Below, piece by piece: positions 47,700-57,558 of a DNA stretch of 64,000 nt. The translations under genes were made by a program, and so were the position numbers. The notes beneath the pieces are model-generated. The model made no database searches and was not told where the DNA came from. It saw only the letters and a program-made list of their open reading frames with translations. Within the stretch, counting starts at the first letter, position 1; each line of letters begins with the position of its first letter. The DNA comes from a bacterium (GTDB taxonomy: Bacteria; Hinthialibacterota; Hinthialibacteria; Hinthialibacterales; Hinthialibacteraceae). The stretch spans positions 960,001 to 1,024,000 of the forward strand of contig CAXXMV010000002.1 in NCBI GenBank assembly GCA_963662285.2, read 5' to 3'.

Positions 47700-49382
47700 A
47701 TGATACGATTCAATAAATCGTTACTTATAAGCATGTTGTTAATGCTAGTATCAAGCAGCGCCTTTGCTCAAACTACAAAAGCCACTGAACTTGAGGGAAC
47801 CTTCAAACTCGGTCCGGCTGTTATTCTTATTATATTACTTACCACCTTTGTCATGGTTGGTCTTTTTAACCGCGCCAAAGATACATCGTCCTATTGGGCG
47901 GCGGGACGTAAAATTTCACCTATGGGCGCTGGTATGGCTATCGCCTCTAACTGGATGAGCGCCGCTTCGTTCCTGGGTATGGCCGCCATTATGTACGGCT
48001 CCGGCTACCATGGTCTCTCTTATGTGGTTGGCTGGACTGGCGGTTATGTGCTATTGCTCATCCTGATGGCTGGTCAGATTCGCCGCTTTGGTAAATATAC
48101 CGCAGCGGACTTTATCGGCGACCGTTATTATTCCAGAGGTCTTCGGGCTTTTGGCGCCTGTCTGGCAATTTTTATATCATTCTCATATTGCGTAGGTCAA
48201 TTCGCCGGCATTGGTTTGATGTTCAAATGGATTCTGGGCATCGATTACGCCTATGCGGTTATCATCGGAAGTTCAGTGGTTCTTTGTTATACTCTGATTT
48301 CCGGTATGCTCGGCGTCACCAAGAATATGCAGATTCAATATGTTATCATCATCATTTCATTTATGATTCCTCTGTTTATTCTATGCTATTGCTACGGGTT
48401 TTTCTTTGTATTCCCTCAAATCGGTTATGGCGCAGTTGTCACGGATGTTGTTAAAGGTCTTGAACCTGGAACGGCGGTCAACGCGATGGGGCATGATTTC
48501 GGTATATTGCCGTCGCCGGAATTCGCCATGCCCTGGGATCCGGCAACAGGTAAAACCTCCTTCCAATGGCTCGCCATTTGCTTCTCGTTGATGATCGGTA
48601 CAGCTGGTCTGCCTCATGTTATTCAGCGTTTTTATGTTGTTCCCAGAGCCAAAGACGCCCGTTGGTCAGTTGTATGGGGACTCTTCTTTATCTGTTTGCT
48701 CTATTGGAGCGCTCCGGTTTATTCCGCTTTTGGAAAAATCCTTTCCTCCAATCCAGATGTAGGCAAACTGGCCAAAGACGCCATTGTGGTTTATACCGCT
48801 CAGTTAGGCAATATATACCCGATTGTTGTAGGCTTCCTGGCGGCGGGCGCCGTATCGGCTGCATTTTCTACTGTATCCGGGCTATTAGTGGCTGGCGCAT
48901 CCGCCTTTTCTCATGACTTGTACTTCAAGGTTATTAATCCCCAAGCCAGCGAACGCACTCAAATGTTGATGGCCCGCATCGGCACCATTCTGATGGCTAT
49001 TGCGGTTACGATTGTCGCTTTGATGAAATTGGGATTAATCGCTCAGTTAGTGGCTGTGGCTTTCTCATTGGCTGGCTGCACCATCTTCCCATTGTTCCTA
49101 TTGGGAATCTGGTGGAGCGGTTCAAACCGCGCTGGCGCGTGGGCTGGACTCTTGGCGGGAAGCGCTGTGTCTCTAATCGCTTTGGTATACTTCGTCTGCG
49201 GCGTAATGGAAGTAACTCTTCCAGCTCATGCTTTCATCTCTTATTACTTGAATGCATGGTACTTCGCCTGGTTAGGCGCTCCTCTGGCGATTATTAGTAA
49301 CATCGTCGTCTCTCTGGCGACTGGCTGCGATACGCCGGTTGAAATCAAAGAATTCCTGGCCAAAAAAGTTCATGGCTATTAA
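47700..49382 (+). CDS. Sodium:solute symporter, ActP-like (cation/acetate or monocarboxylate)
   Basis: YWAAGR, AIASNWMSAASFLG, GKYTAADFIGDRY, GTAGLPHVIQRFY, AAFSTVSGLL. Confidence 0.92.
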   Translation: MIRFNKSLLISMLLMLVSSSAFAQTTKATELEGTFKLGPAVILIILLTTFVMVGLFNRAKDTSSYWAAGRKISPMGAGMAIASNWMSAASFLGMAAIMYGSGYHGLSYVVGWTGGYVLLLILMAGQIRRFGKYTAADFIGDRYYSRGLRAFGACLAIFISFSYCVGQFAGIGLMFKWILGIDYAYAVIIGSSVVLCYTLISGMLGVTKNMQIQYVIIIISFMIPLFILCYCYGFFFVFPQIGYGAVVTDVVKGLEPGTAVNAMGHDFGILPSPEFAMPWDPATGKTSFQWLAICFSLMIGTAGLPHVIQRFYVVPRAKDARWSVVWGLFFICLLYWSAPVYSAFGKILSSNPDVGKLAKDAIVVYTAQLGNIYPIVVGFLAAGAVSAAFSTVSGLLVAGASAFSHDLYFKVINPQASERTQMLMARIGTILMAIAVTIVALMKLGLIAQLVAVAFSLAGCTIFPLFLLGIWWSGSNRAGAWAGLLAGSAVSLIALVYFVCGVMEVTLPAHAFISYYLNAWYFAWLGAPLAIISNIVVSLATGCDTPVEIKEFLAKKVHGY

Positions 49383-49417
49383 TCGTTATTAGTTGTTCTT
49401 ATGATTGATTGCTTACT

Positions 49418-49450
49418 ACTCACCCCGCTTTGATAAAAAGCGGGGTGAGT
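49418..49450 (+). terminator. Terminator hairpin after the SSS gene
   Basis: ACTCACCCCGCTTT-5nt-AAAGCGGGGTGAGT. Confidence 0.75.
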
Positions 49451-49525
49451 TCTATAGAAGGCAAACTGAAATTCTGGCATAATTGCACCAGTATACAATT
49501 CCCCGGATCGTAGGAAAGGAAACTG

Positions 49526-51040
49526 ATGAATCGACTTAAACCTATTCTGTTATTTATTGGGATGAACCTGATATTATCCACTATCATTGATGGCGCCGAA
49601 TCAAATGTTGCCGCGACTAAAGTTAACCAAAACTATCGACTGACGGATAAGTCGCTTTCTGATGCGCTGGCTCAAGACTGGGAACGGATGCATGCCAGTA
49701 AGCAAAGCGTGCTTAAAAAATTCAACGATGATAAATTTGGTATGTTTATTCACTGGGGGCTATATTCCCTGACTTCGGGTGAATGGAAGGGTAAGCGGTT
49801 CAAAGGTCTCGGCGAGTGGGTTATGTATCACGAAACAATCCCACGGGATGAGTATGCCGGGTTGTCCAAACAGTTTAATCCTGACAAGTTCGATGCCGCA
49901 ACATGGGTTAGTTTGGCGAAGAATGCCGGGATGAAGTACATCGTTATCACCGCCAAGCATCATGATGGTTTTGCTCTATTCCCCAGTAAGCATAGTAAAT
50001 TCAATGTTAAAGATATGACTTCCTGCGATTTCGTCCCATTGGATTTACTCTATGAAGAATGTCAGAAACAGGGCATCGGTCTTGGATTTTATTATTCCCA
50101 TGTAATTGATTGGCGCGATGGATGGAATCCGGTCGACAGTAAGCCCGATGAACATGGCCGTGATAAATCAAATCCCATGAATAGCTGGGACCCTTCTGGT
50201 AATACAAGAGAAGAATATTTCCATAACAAGTCCTATCCTCAGTTACAGGAACTTTTGGATCGCTATCCTAAACTTTATTCGATTTGGTTTGACTATTGGC
50301 ATAAAGACAAATATCTCAATCCTCCAGAGAGTTACAAATTCTACAAGATGGTGTATGACGCCCAGCCGGATTGTCTGGTGAATTCACGGGTGGGACATGA
50401 TCTGGGTGATTACATAACGGCTGGAGATAACAATATTCTCGATAAAGGGCAAACAAGACAATGGGAAACTCCAGGTACGCTTAACAACACTTGGGGATAC
50501 AATAAGCATGACACCGACTGGAAGAGCGAAAAAGAACTTATTTATTTGATGGTTAATATCTTTAGCCGGGGTGGTAACTATCTGCTCAATATCGGGCCCA
50601 AACCTGATGGCTCGATCCCGCAGGGAACTATAGATGGCTTCGCCGCCATTGGCCGTTGGATGCGCATCAATAGTGAGGCTGTTTATGGTACCAAAACCTG
50701 GATCGTCACTGATGAAGGTGCGCCGGAATTAACCGTTAACGACACGGTTGATCGTGAAGTAAAAGGCTTTAAGACTGTAGTTACCAGCGAGGACTTTTGG
50801 TTCACCGCCAAGGGGGACGTGGTTTATGCGATTGCTCTGAAAATTCCCGATGACGGAAAGGCGCTGATTAAATCAGTTAATTCCAATCGCCTGACTGACG
50901 TATCCAATGTTTCATTGCTGGGTTATGGTGAATTATCGGGCTGGGAATTTGGCGAAGCTGGATTGGCTTTGTCATTACCCAAAATTAATCTGGATACTAT
51001 TGGTTATGTTTTGAAAATTGAAACTCAGGGCGTGGAATAG
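49526..51040 (+). CDS. Alpha-L-fucosidase (GH29), exported
   Basis: KFGMFIHWGLYS, TAKHHDGF, IWFD (nucleophile), GGNYLLNIGP; N-terminal signal. Confidence 0.93.
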   Translation: MNRLKPILLFIGMNLILSTIIDGAESNVAATKVNQNYRLTDKSLSDALAQDWERMHASKQSVLKKFNDDKFGMFIHWGLYSLTSGEWKGKRFKGLGEWVMYHETIPRDEYAGLSKQFNPDKFDAATWVSLAKNAGMKYIVITAKHHDGFALFPSKHSKFNVKDMTSCDFVPLDLLYEECQKQGIGLGFYYSHVIDWRDGWNPVDSKPDEHGRDKSNPMNSWDPSGNTREEYFHNKSYPQLQELLDRYPKLYSIWFDYWHKDKYLNPPESYKFYKMVYDAQPDCLVNSRVGHDLGDYITAGDNNILDKGQTRQWETPGTLNNTWGYNKHDTDWKSEKELIYLMVNIFSRGGNYLLNIGPKPDGSIPQGTIDGFAAIGRWMRINSEAVYGTKTWIVTDEGAPELTVNDTVDREVKGFKTVVTSEDFWFTAKGDVVYAIALKIPDDGKALIKSVNSNRLTDVSNVSLLGYGELSGWEFGEAGLALSLPKINLDTIGYVLKIETQGVE

Positions 51041-51065
51041 AAAAATCCATGGTTTTAGAAAACAA

Positions 51066-51214
51066 CCCCCTCTTGAATTCTCCCCCAAACTTGGGGGAGA
51101 GGGATTTTGTGAGATAACAAGGTGTATCTTTGGTGGGTCGGTGAGGCGTGACCCACCCTACACTTAGTTGGTTACGAATTCCTCTCCCAAGATTGGGAGA
51201 GGTAAGGAGAGGGG
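51066..51214. repeat. Composite repeat: two inverted CCCCTCT..CTCCC/GGGAG palindromes (family F) bracketing a family B REP
   Basis: TCTCCCCCAA-AC-TTGGGGGAGA (51079-51100), CCTCTCCCAA-GA-TTGGGAGAGG (51181-51202), and reverse-complement family B at 51129-51161. Confidence 0.75.
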
Positions 51215-51240
51215 TGATAGCATTAATTTAAGGAATTCGC

Positions 51241-54153
51241 ATGGCCATTACCAACAGTCATCGTTTCGTGACGCGGGGATTTCTCTTACGGATTATCCTG
51301 CCGACTATTTTGACAATATGTCTCTTTGTTATCACGCTGTTTTTTCTTCTCATTCCAGCCTTTGAGAAAACCATCCTGGACCGTAAGCGCGAGATGATCC
51401 GCGAGTTGACCAATTCGGCCTGGAGCGTTCTGGTCGAGCTCGAAGCCGAAGAGAAAGCCGGGAAACTATCGCAGAGCGAGGCGCAGCAGAGAGCCATCGA
51501 CCGCATCCAATTCCTGCGCTATGGCGATGAGAGTAAGGATTACTTCTGGATTTCTGATATGGCGCCGCGTATGGTGGTTCACCCATACCGCCCTGAGTTG
51601 AACGGCCAGAGCCTGTTAGATTATCAAGACCCCACCGGAAAGAAACTATTTATAGAATTCGTCAATGTAATCAAGGAAAAACAAGAGGGTTACGTCGATT
51701 ATATGTGGCAATGGAAAGACGACGAGACGCGCATCGTACCCAAACTTTCTTTCGTCAAAGGCTTCAAACCCTGGGGCTGGATCATCGGCACCGGCATATA
51801 TATCGAAGACGTCAAAGAGGAAATCGCCAAAATATCTCAGCGCCTTATTCTGATCTCCGCCGCTATTACTGCGCTCATAATTATTCTGCTGCTGTTTATT
51901 ACCCAGCATAGTTTGATGATCGAGAAGCAACGCAAACAAGCTGAACACGAACTTCGGGCATCCCGTGAGAAATACAAAACTCTGGTAGAAGCATCAACCG
52001 AAGGCTTTAGCATGATTGTTGAAAATAAAGTCTTTTACGCCAATCAGACTTTTCTTGATATGCTCGGTTATCAAGCCGGTGAGTTTAAGGGCGCCTCTAT
52101 AGATTGCCTCATGGCTGATGATGGAACCAACAATCATTACTGGAAAGATTTCCTGGAAAACAAACCTGTTCCCCCCAAGTATCTGGCGCAAGTATTGAAA
52201 AAAGACGGAGACATGCTGGATGTGCTTCTTTCCACTTCTCGCATCTCTTTCGCCGGTCAGGACGCCATACTTATAGTCGCCAAAGACGCAACCTATCATC
52301 AGGAACTGGAAGAGGAACTGGGAGATAGCAAAGCAAAATATGAAGCATTGACCAACAATATCAGCATGGGAGTCTTTCGCGCATCCCTTGGAAAGAAAGG
52401 CCGGTTGATTGAGGCCAATCCGGCGGCTGTATCTATTTTCGGTTTTCAGGATAGAGAAGGACTCTTTTCGACGCCGCTAAAAGAATTGATGCACGATGAA
52501 GAAGACTATGTACAATTCCTGCTTGAATTGAACAAAAACAAGTCAGTCAAAAATAAAATTGTTCGCATTCGCAGACAAGATGGAACGGTTCCGATAGTCT
52601 CTATATCTGCGGTTTTGATTGATGATGGCCGCTCCCCGAAATATCTGGACGCCATTTTGGAAGATATTACCTCCCGGGAAAAAATTGATCAGGAACGGGA
52701 TGATTTAATCGTTGAGTTGCAGACTTCGTTGATTTATCTTAATCAACCGATCCGGCATTCAATTCGTGAGATGCTATCCTGCGACATGAACCAATCGATC
52801 AGACGCGCTGCAACTTTGATGACCAAACATAATGCTTCCGCCATTCTGGTTAAATCAGAACAGGGGGATTATCTGGGCGTGGTAACCGACCATGATATCC
52901 GTTCGCGGGTTGTGGCGGAGAACTATGACCAACAAAAACCTGTCTTTGAAATCATGAGTTCACCGCTGATCACTATCTCCGATCATGCTCTTATTTTCGA
53001 AGCGGCTTTGCTGATGCAGCAGAAACGCATTCGCCATCTGGCGATTAAAGATCATTCGGGTGAAATTATCAGTATTATTACTGATAAGGAACTCTTGCAA
53101 GTGCACCGCTATTCTTCCGCTATCCTCTTGCAGGAATTGCAAAAGGCGGAATCGCTCGACGAAATCATGGAAGGATGTGAACGCCTTCCCCTACTGGTCA
53201 AAGCGTTAATAGACAGCGGCGCCAAGGCCCGGAATATTACCCGGATCATCACTACTATTTCCGACGTCATTATCTATAAGGTTATCAATATCGCTTTTGA
53301 TGAACTGGGCGCTCCACCGGCCAGTTTCGCCTTTATCGCAATGGGCAGCGTCGGTCGGGAAGAGCAGACCCTGACTTCTGATCAGGATAACGCGATTATT
53401 TTTGAGGATGTGTCCGCTGATCGTATTGAAGAAGTCCAGACTTATTTTCTCTCTTTTGGAAAGAAGGTCTGCACTTATCTTGATCAAGCGGGATACGACC
53501 TTTGTAAGGGAGAGGTGATGGCCATGAATCCCAAATGGTGTCAGCCTCTTGCGCAATGGCAGGATTATTTCTCTGAATGGATAACCACAGCTGATCCGCA
53601 AGCCTTGCTCGACCTGAAGATATTCTTTGATTACCGGTTTCTTTTTGGTGATGAAGAATTAGTGGAGTCGCTTACTTCGCATCTTCATAAAGTAATAGAG
53701 GGCAAAGCCGCCTTCTTCCAGAATCTGGCTTCCAACACATTATTATTCAAGCCGCCGTTGGGCTTCTTCGGTAATATTGTTGTTAAAGATAAGCAGGGGC
53801 ATCCGGAAACCTTTGATATCAAAGACGCCATGATTCCCATAGTCGACTTCGCCCGGACCTACGCCTTGCAAAAACATATTGTTGAAACCAATACCCTTGA
53901 TCGGTTGCTGCGCCTGTCTGAAATGAATGTTTTTACCAGATCAAGTTATGAAAACGCTGTTCAGTCTTATAATCTTTTGATGCAGTTACGTTTTAAGCAT
54001 CAATCCACCGCCTTGAATCAAAACATCCAGCCGGATAACTTTATCAATCCCAAATCTCTGACCAATATAGAACTGAGTATGTTAAAGAAAACCTTCTCAC
54101 AAATCAGCGATTTTCAATCTAAACTTAGTTTTGATTTTACTGGTTCGGGATAG
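51241..54153 (+). CDS. Membrane sensor: TM-sCache_2-TM-PAS-PAS-CBS pair-DUF294 nucleotidyltransferase-DUF294_C
   Basis: LRYG..DYFWI..MVVHP..DPTGK..YMW..PKLSFVK.F.PWGWIIGTGIY (sCache_2); two PAS domains; GVVTDHDI...IMSSP (CBS); MGSVGREEQTLTSDQDNAI (NTase). Confidence 0.88.
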   Translation: MAITNSHRFVTRGFLLRIILPTILTICLFVITLFFLLIPAFEKTILDRKREMIRELTNSAWSVLVELEAEEKAGKLSQSEAQQRAIDRIQFLRYGDESKDYFWISDMAPRMVVHPYRPELNGQSLLDYQDPTGKKLFIEFVNVIKEKQEGYVDYMWQWKDDETRIVPKLSFVKGFKPWGWIIGTGIYIEDVKEEIAKISQRLILISAAITALIIILLLFITQHSLMIEKQRKQAEHELRASREKYKTLVEASTEGFSMIVENKVFYANQTFLDMLGYQAGEFKGASIDCLMADDGTNNHYWKDFLENKPVPPKYLAQVLKKDGDMLDVLLSTSRISFAGQDAILIVAKDATYHQELEEELGDSKAKYEALTNNISMGVFRASLGKKGRLIEANPAAVSIFGFQDREGLFSTPLKELMHDEEDYVQFLLELNKNKSVKNKIVRIRRQDGTVPIVSISAVLIDDGRSPKYLDAILEDITSREKIDQERDDLIVELQTSLIYLNQPIRHSIREMLSCDMNQSIRRAATLMTKHNASAILVKSEQGDYLGVVTDHDIRSRVVAENYDQQKPVFEIMSSPLITISDHALIFEAALLMQQKRIRHLAIKDHSGEIISIITDKELLQVHRYSSAILLQELQKAESLDEIMEGCERLPLLVKALIDSGAKARNITRIITTISDVIIYKVINIAFDELGAPPASFAFIAMGSVGREEQTLTSDQDNAIIFEDVSADRIEEVQTYFLSFGKKVCTYLDQAGYDLCKGEVMAMNPKWCQPLAQWQDYFSEWITTADPQALLDLKIFFDYRFLFGDEELVESLTSHLHKVIEGKAAFFQNLASNTLLFKPPLGFFGNIVVKDKQGHPETFDIKDAMIPIVDFARTYALQKHIVETNTLDRLLRLSEMNVFTRSSYENAVQSYNLLMQLRFKHQSTALNQNIQPDNFINPKSLTNIELSMLKKTFSQISDFQSKLSFDFTGSG

Positions 54154-54205
54154 GAATAGTGGTTATCACAAATCGGATACCCGAATTCCGGGCGCCCACG
54201 AGAGG

Positions 54206-54339
54206 CCATGTCATTAAGTTAAGATATTTCATTCTATCGTTGGTGGTTAGATCAAGGGCTGACCGCATTGCGGTCTTGCCCTTGCCACCCATTCTCTTTT
54301 AATGAGAGAGAAGACAACACGGTTAACTTAATGATATTG
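54206..54339. mobile_element. 134-bp MITE with IS4-like termini inserted into a family D REP
   Basis: TIRs CCATGTCATTAAGTTAAG and rc CAATATCATTAAGTTAAC (15/18); 11-bp flanking direct repeats CCCACGAGAGG and CCTACGATAGG (9/11). Confidence 0.75.
54242..54290 (+). repeat. Hairpin repeat, family A
   Basis: GGTGG-ttagat-CAAGGGC-t-GACCGCA-t-TGCGGTC-tt-GCCCTTG-CCACCC. Confidence 0.85.
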
Positions 54340-54364
54340 CCTACGATAGGCGCCCCTAATTGAT

Positions 54365-55171
54365 TCAGGCAAAATACCCCCTCAGTATTTCAGCCGCCAG
54401 ATGTGGTTTCATTTCAAAGCATTCTGAGATCAGGGGTCCCTGGTAATTTATGCTTTGCAATTCATTCGCTAATGTTTTCCAGCAGACGTTTCCTTCGCCT
54501 GGAGCTAAGTGGTCGTCAAAATTTCCATCGTTATCATGGAAATGAAGATTGACCATTTTTGAACCGACCTTTTCTATATATACTGAATATCCCTCATTGG
54601 TGTTGGCATGACCGATATCCAGACAAAAACTGATCCAGTCGCAGTTGATTCTCTCAAAGATAAACTCAAAGTCGCTTACGCAGTCGCCCAGAAAGTACAA
54701 TTCAGTTCCATCGCGTAAAGTTACGGCATTTTCCAACGCCAGATGGACTTCGGCATCCGTGCAGATTCCTTCCAGTTCAGTTAAACTTTTAACCACGGTC
54801 TCCAGCATCTGTTTGCGCAGCCAGGGCCATGATTGGATGCTATTGAAACTTCCCAGGTGGCAGGTGATATGGGTGGCATTGATTTCTTTGGCGATGTTGA
54901 AGCACTTTTTTAAGTAGGTGATATTGGATTTACGAATAAAGAAAATCCGCTCAGCCAGATTGAGGTTGTATGGCGCATGCAAACTTAATGAGATGCCGGA
55001 GTCTTCTGAGAGTTCCCGTAGGTTTTCGATTCGTTTGGTAGTGAAGGTTTGGATGATTGAATGGTCTTTGATTAAATCAATTTCCAAATGGCGTAAACCA
55101 TGCGAGGCGGCGTAATCGAAATATTCTTCAACTGGTTTGTGGTAAATGCTGAAACCAAATGTCAGATTCAT
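54365..55171 (-). CDS. Sugar phosphate isomerase/epimerase (AP endonuclease 2 TIM-barrel)
   Basis: SLHAPY, LALEN, CLDIGHA, HFHDNDG..DDHLAPGEG, ISE. Confidence 0.88.
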   Translation of the reverse strand: MNLTFGFSIYHKPVEEYFDYAASHGLRHLEIDLIKDHSIIQTFTTKRIENLRELSEDSGISLSLHAPYNLNLAERIFFIRKSNITYLKKCFNIAKEINATHITCHLGSFNSIQSWPWLRKQMLETVVKSLTELEGICTDAEVHLALENAVTLRDGTELYFLGDCVSDFEFIFERINCDWISFCLDIGHANTNEGYSVYIEKVGSKMVNLHFHDNDGNFDDHLAPGEGNVCWKTLANELQSINYQGPLISECFEMKPHLAAEILRGYFA

Positions 55172-55371
55172 CGATTATCCCGCTATATGGCTGCAAGGTC
55201 GGGCGCCATAGATATTCATTTTATTTTATACAATTATTGAGTCACAGCGCTCGACGCAAACTTATAACTTATGGGAAAACATGCTAAATTTACAGATCGA
55301 GAGCGATTCTTGATAATAACATTGTTGTTTTAGAAAATCTCTCCAATGAGTTTAGCATATCATCTAAAGTT

Positions 55372-56250
55372 ATGGTACTAACCTTTATGACTGAATTAAA
55401 AGCGCATTCATCGCATTCGGTAATTAAAAAAGGGATTGACAAGCAATCTATGCATGGTTGGCGGCTGCGGACTCATGAAATAATTTTTGAAGCCGACACT
55501 GCATTTGGCAAATGGTTCGATGTACTGCTGATTGGCTGCATCTTTTTAAGCGTCATCGCGGTGATGCTGGATAGCGTTCGTTCTATCAGTGAAGTTCACG
55601 GCGCCGCCCTCTACCGCATTGAGTGGATATTTACTCTGTTATTTACAGTCGAATATATTCTGCGCTTGCTCTGCATCGGTAGACCATTGCTATATGCCAG
55701 CAGTTTTTTTGGCGTAGTAGACTTGCTCGCTATTTTACCGACCTACATTAGTCTGATATTTCCTGGAAGCCAATATCTATTAGTTATTAGAATCCTGCGC
55801 GTGTTGCGCGTCTTCCGGGTGCTGAAACTGGCGCAATATCTGGGCGAAGCCAATATGCTGATGCAAGCGCTCAGAGCCAGCCGGCGCAAAATCATCGTCT
55901 TTCTTTTCGCGGTGATGACTTTGGTGGTGATCTTCGGATCGGTGATGTACCTTGTGGAGGGGGAAGAGAACGGATTCACCAGCATTCCCAAGGCTATCTA
56001 TTGGTCTGTGGTTACTCTTACAACGGTTGGTTATGGCGACATCTCGCCGCAGACCGATCTCGGCCAAGTTCTGGCCTGCTTCATTATGATAATGGGGTAC
56101 GGCATTATCGCCGTACCCACCGGAATCGTAACCGCCGAACTCACCTTCGCCAAAGGGAAAACCATATCTACCCAGTCATGCCCCCAATGCAGTATGGAAG
56201 GCCACGACTTCGGCGCGGTATATTGCAAGTATTGTGGGGCGAAGTTGTAG
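55372..56250 (+). CDS. Voltage-gated potassium channel (6TM) with C-terminal zinc ribbon
   Basis: S4 RILRVLRVFRVLK; TTVGYGD filter; CPQC...CKYCG. Confidence 0.93.
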   Translation: MVLTFMTELKAHSSHSVIKKGIDKQSMHGWRLRTHEIIFEADTAFGKWFDVLLIGCIFLSVIAVMLDSVRSISEVHGAALYRIEWIFTLLFTVEYILRLLCIGRPLLYASSFFGVVDLLAILPTYISLIFPGSQYLLVIRILRVLRVFRVLKLAQYLGEANMLMQALRASRRKIIVFLFAVMTLVVIFGSVMYLVEGEENGFTSIPKAIYWSVVTLTTVGYGDISPQTDLGQVLACFIMIMGYGIIAVPTGIVTAELTFAKGKTISTQSCPQCSMEGHDFGAVYCKYCGAKL

Positions 56251-56268
56251 GATTAATCTTACCCACGA

Positions 56269-56327
56269 GTAGGGTGGGTCACGCCTCACCGACCCACCAA
56301 AAATCCACTCCAAACATAATACCACCC
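56269..56327 (+). repeat. GTAG-type REP, family B, plus conserved tail
   Basis: GTAGGGTGGGTCACGCCTCACCGACCCACCAAA; copies at 59068 (+) and 51129 (-). Confidence 0.85.
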
Positions 56328-56358
56328 CACCAAAATCAAATACAAAACCCGGGTTGAA

Positions 56359-57525
56359 TCATTTGCAGCAATGCAAAACCTTGGCGATCTCTTCTTTGGT
56401 ATAAGCGGTCAATCCCCATTTGGTGGCCAGCATAGTTGCGTTTTCTGCAAGCGCTTCTATATCAGTCTCAGGGATATTAGCGTCGGATAGGCTGACCGGG
56501 CAACCGATTTTCTTGAACCATGCTTTGAGCGCTTCGATGCCTTTGGCGGCGGTTGCTACTGGCGAACCTTGGTCTTCGACATCAAATACCCGTTGGGCGA
56601 ATTGGGCGAACTTGGCGGGATTCTTTTGCGAGTTATGGGTCATCCAGCCGGGGATCACGATGGCTAATCCTGCGCCGTGGGCGATATCATAAAACGCGCT
56701 GAGCGAATGTTCGATAGCGTGGTTGGGGAAGCCGCAGGGGCCGATTCCGGCGATAGGCAAGCCGTTGAGCGCCAGCGTGGCCGCCCACATCAGAGTAGCG
56801 CGTCCCTGGTAGTCGGAGGGATTCCCGTGAATGATATCCATGCTCTCCATGATGGAATGAATCAGGCCTTCGACGTAACGGTCCTGAATGGGGAGCCATT
56901 TGTCTGATGTAGTAAAATAGCCTTCGATAATATGAGAAATAGCGTCAACCGCGCCATAGGCGGTATAGGTTGCAGGCACGCTGCAGGTGGTTGTAGGGTC
57001 TAGGATCGAGGTTTTGGGGAATAAATAGGGAGAATTAACATTGAATTTCATTTTCAATTCTTCGTTGGTTATCACTCCGCCGCAGTTCATCTCTGATCCG
57101 GTGGCCGCCAAAGTTAGCACGGTAAGCAGAGGAAGCGCATCCTGTACTGCCCGCGTTCCTAAAAAGAAATCCCACACATCGCCATCATCTTTGGCGCCAG
57201 CGCAAATTGCTTTTGATTCATCCAACACGCTGCCGCCGCCTACGGCGACCACTGCATCCACCGCTTCGCTTTTGGCCAGGGCGATGCCTTCCCGCAGGTG
57301 TGACAAAACTGGATTAGACTTAACGCCGGGAAACTCGACTATCGCAATGTCCGCCCCTTTTAGAGATGTCACTACCTGATCGTAGACGCCATTAGTTTTT
57401 ATGCTTGATTTGCCATAAACCAACAGTACTTTCTTGGCGTACTTTTTGGTTTCCTCGCCAATCCGGGGAATGGTTCCTTCGCCAAAAATGATTCTGGTTG
57501 GATTACAAAATTCAAAATTCTGCAT
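56359..57525 (-). CDS. Iron-containing alcohol dehydrogenase (BdhA/YqhD-like)
   Basis: NPTRIIFG, AVGGGSVLD, TLAATGSE, DAISH, HAIEH, HGAGLA. Confidence 0.93.
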   Translation of the reverse strand: MQNFEFCNPTRIIFGEGTIPRIGEETKKYAKKVLLVYGKSSIKTNGVYDQVVTSLKGADIAIVEFPGVKSNPVLSHLREGIALAKSEAVDAVVAVGGGSVLDESKAICAGAKDDGDVWDFFLGTRAVQDALPLLTVLTLAATGSEMNCGGVITNEELKMKFNVNSPYLFPKTSILDPTTTCSVPATYTAYGAVDAISHIIEGYFTTSDKWLPIQDRYVEGLIHSIMESMDIIHGNPSDYQGRATLMWAATLALNGLPIAGIGPCGFPNHAIEHSLSAFYDIAHGAGLAIVIPGWMTHNSQKNPAKFAQFAQRVFDVEDQGSPVATAAKGIEALKAWFKKIGCPVSLSDANIPETDIEALAENATMLATKWGLTAYTKEEIAKVLHCCK

Positions 57526-57558
57526 GTTTCAACTCCTTGTTATGGTAAATGATTTTTA

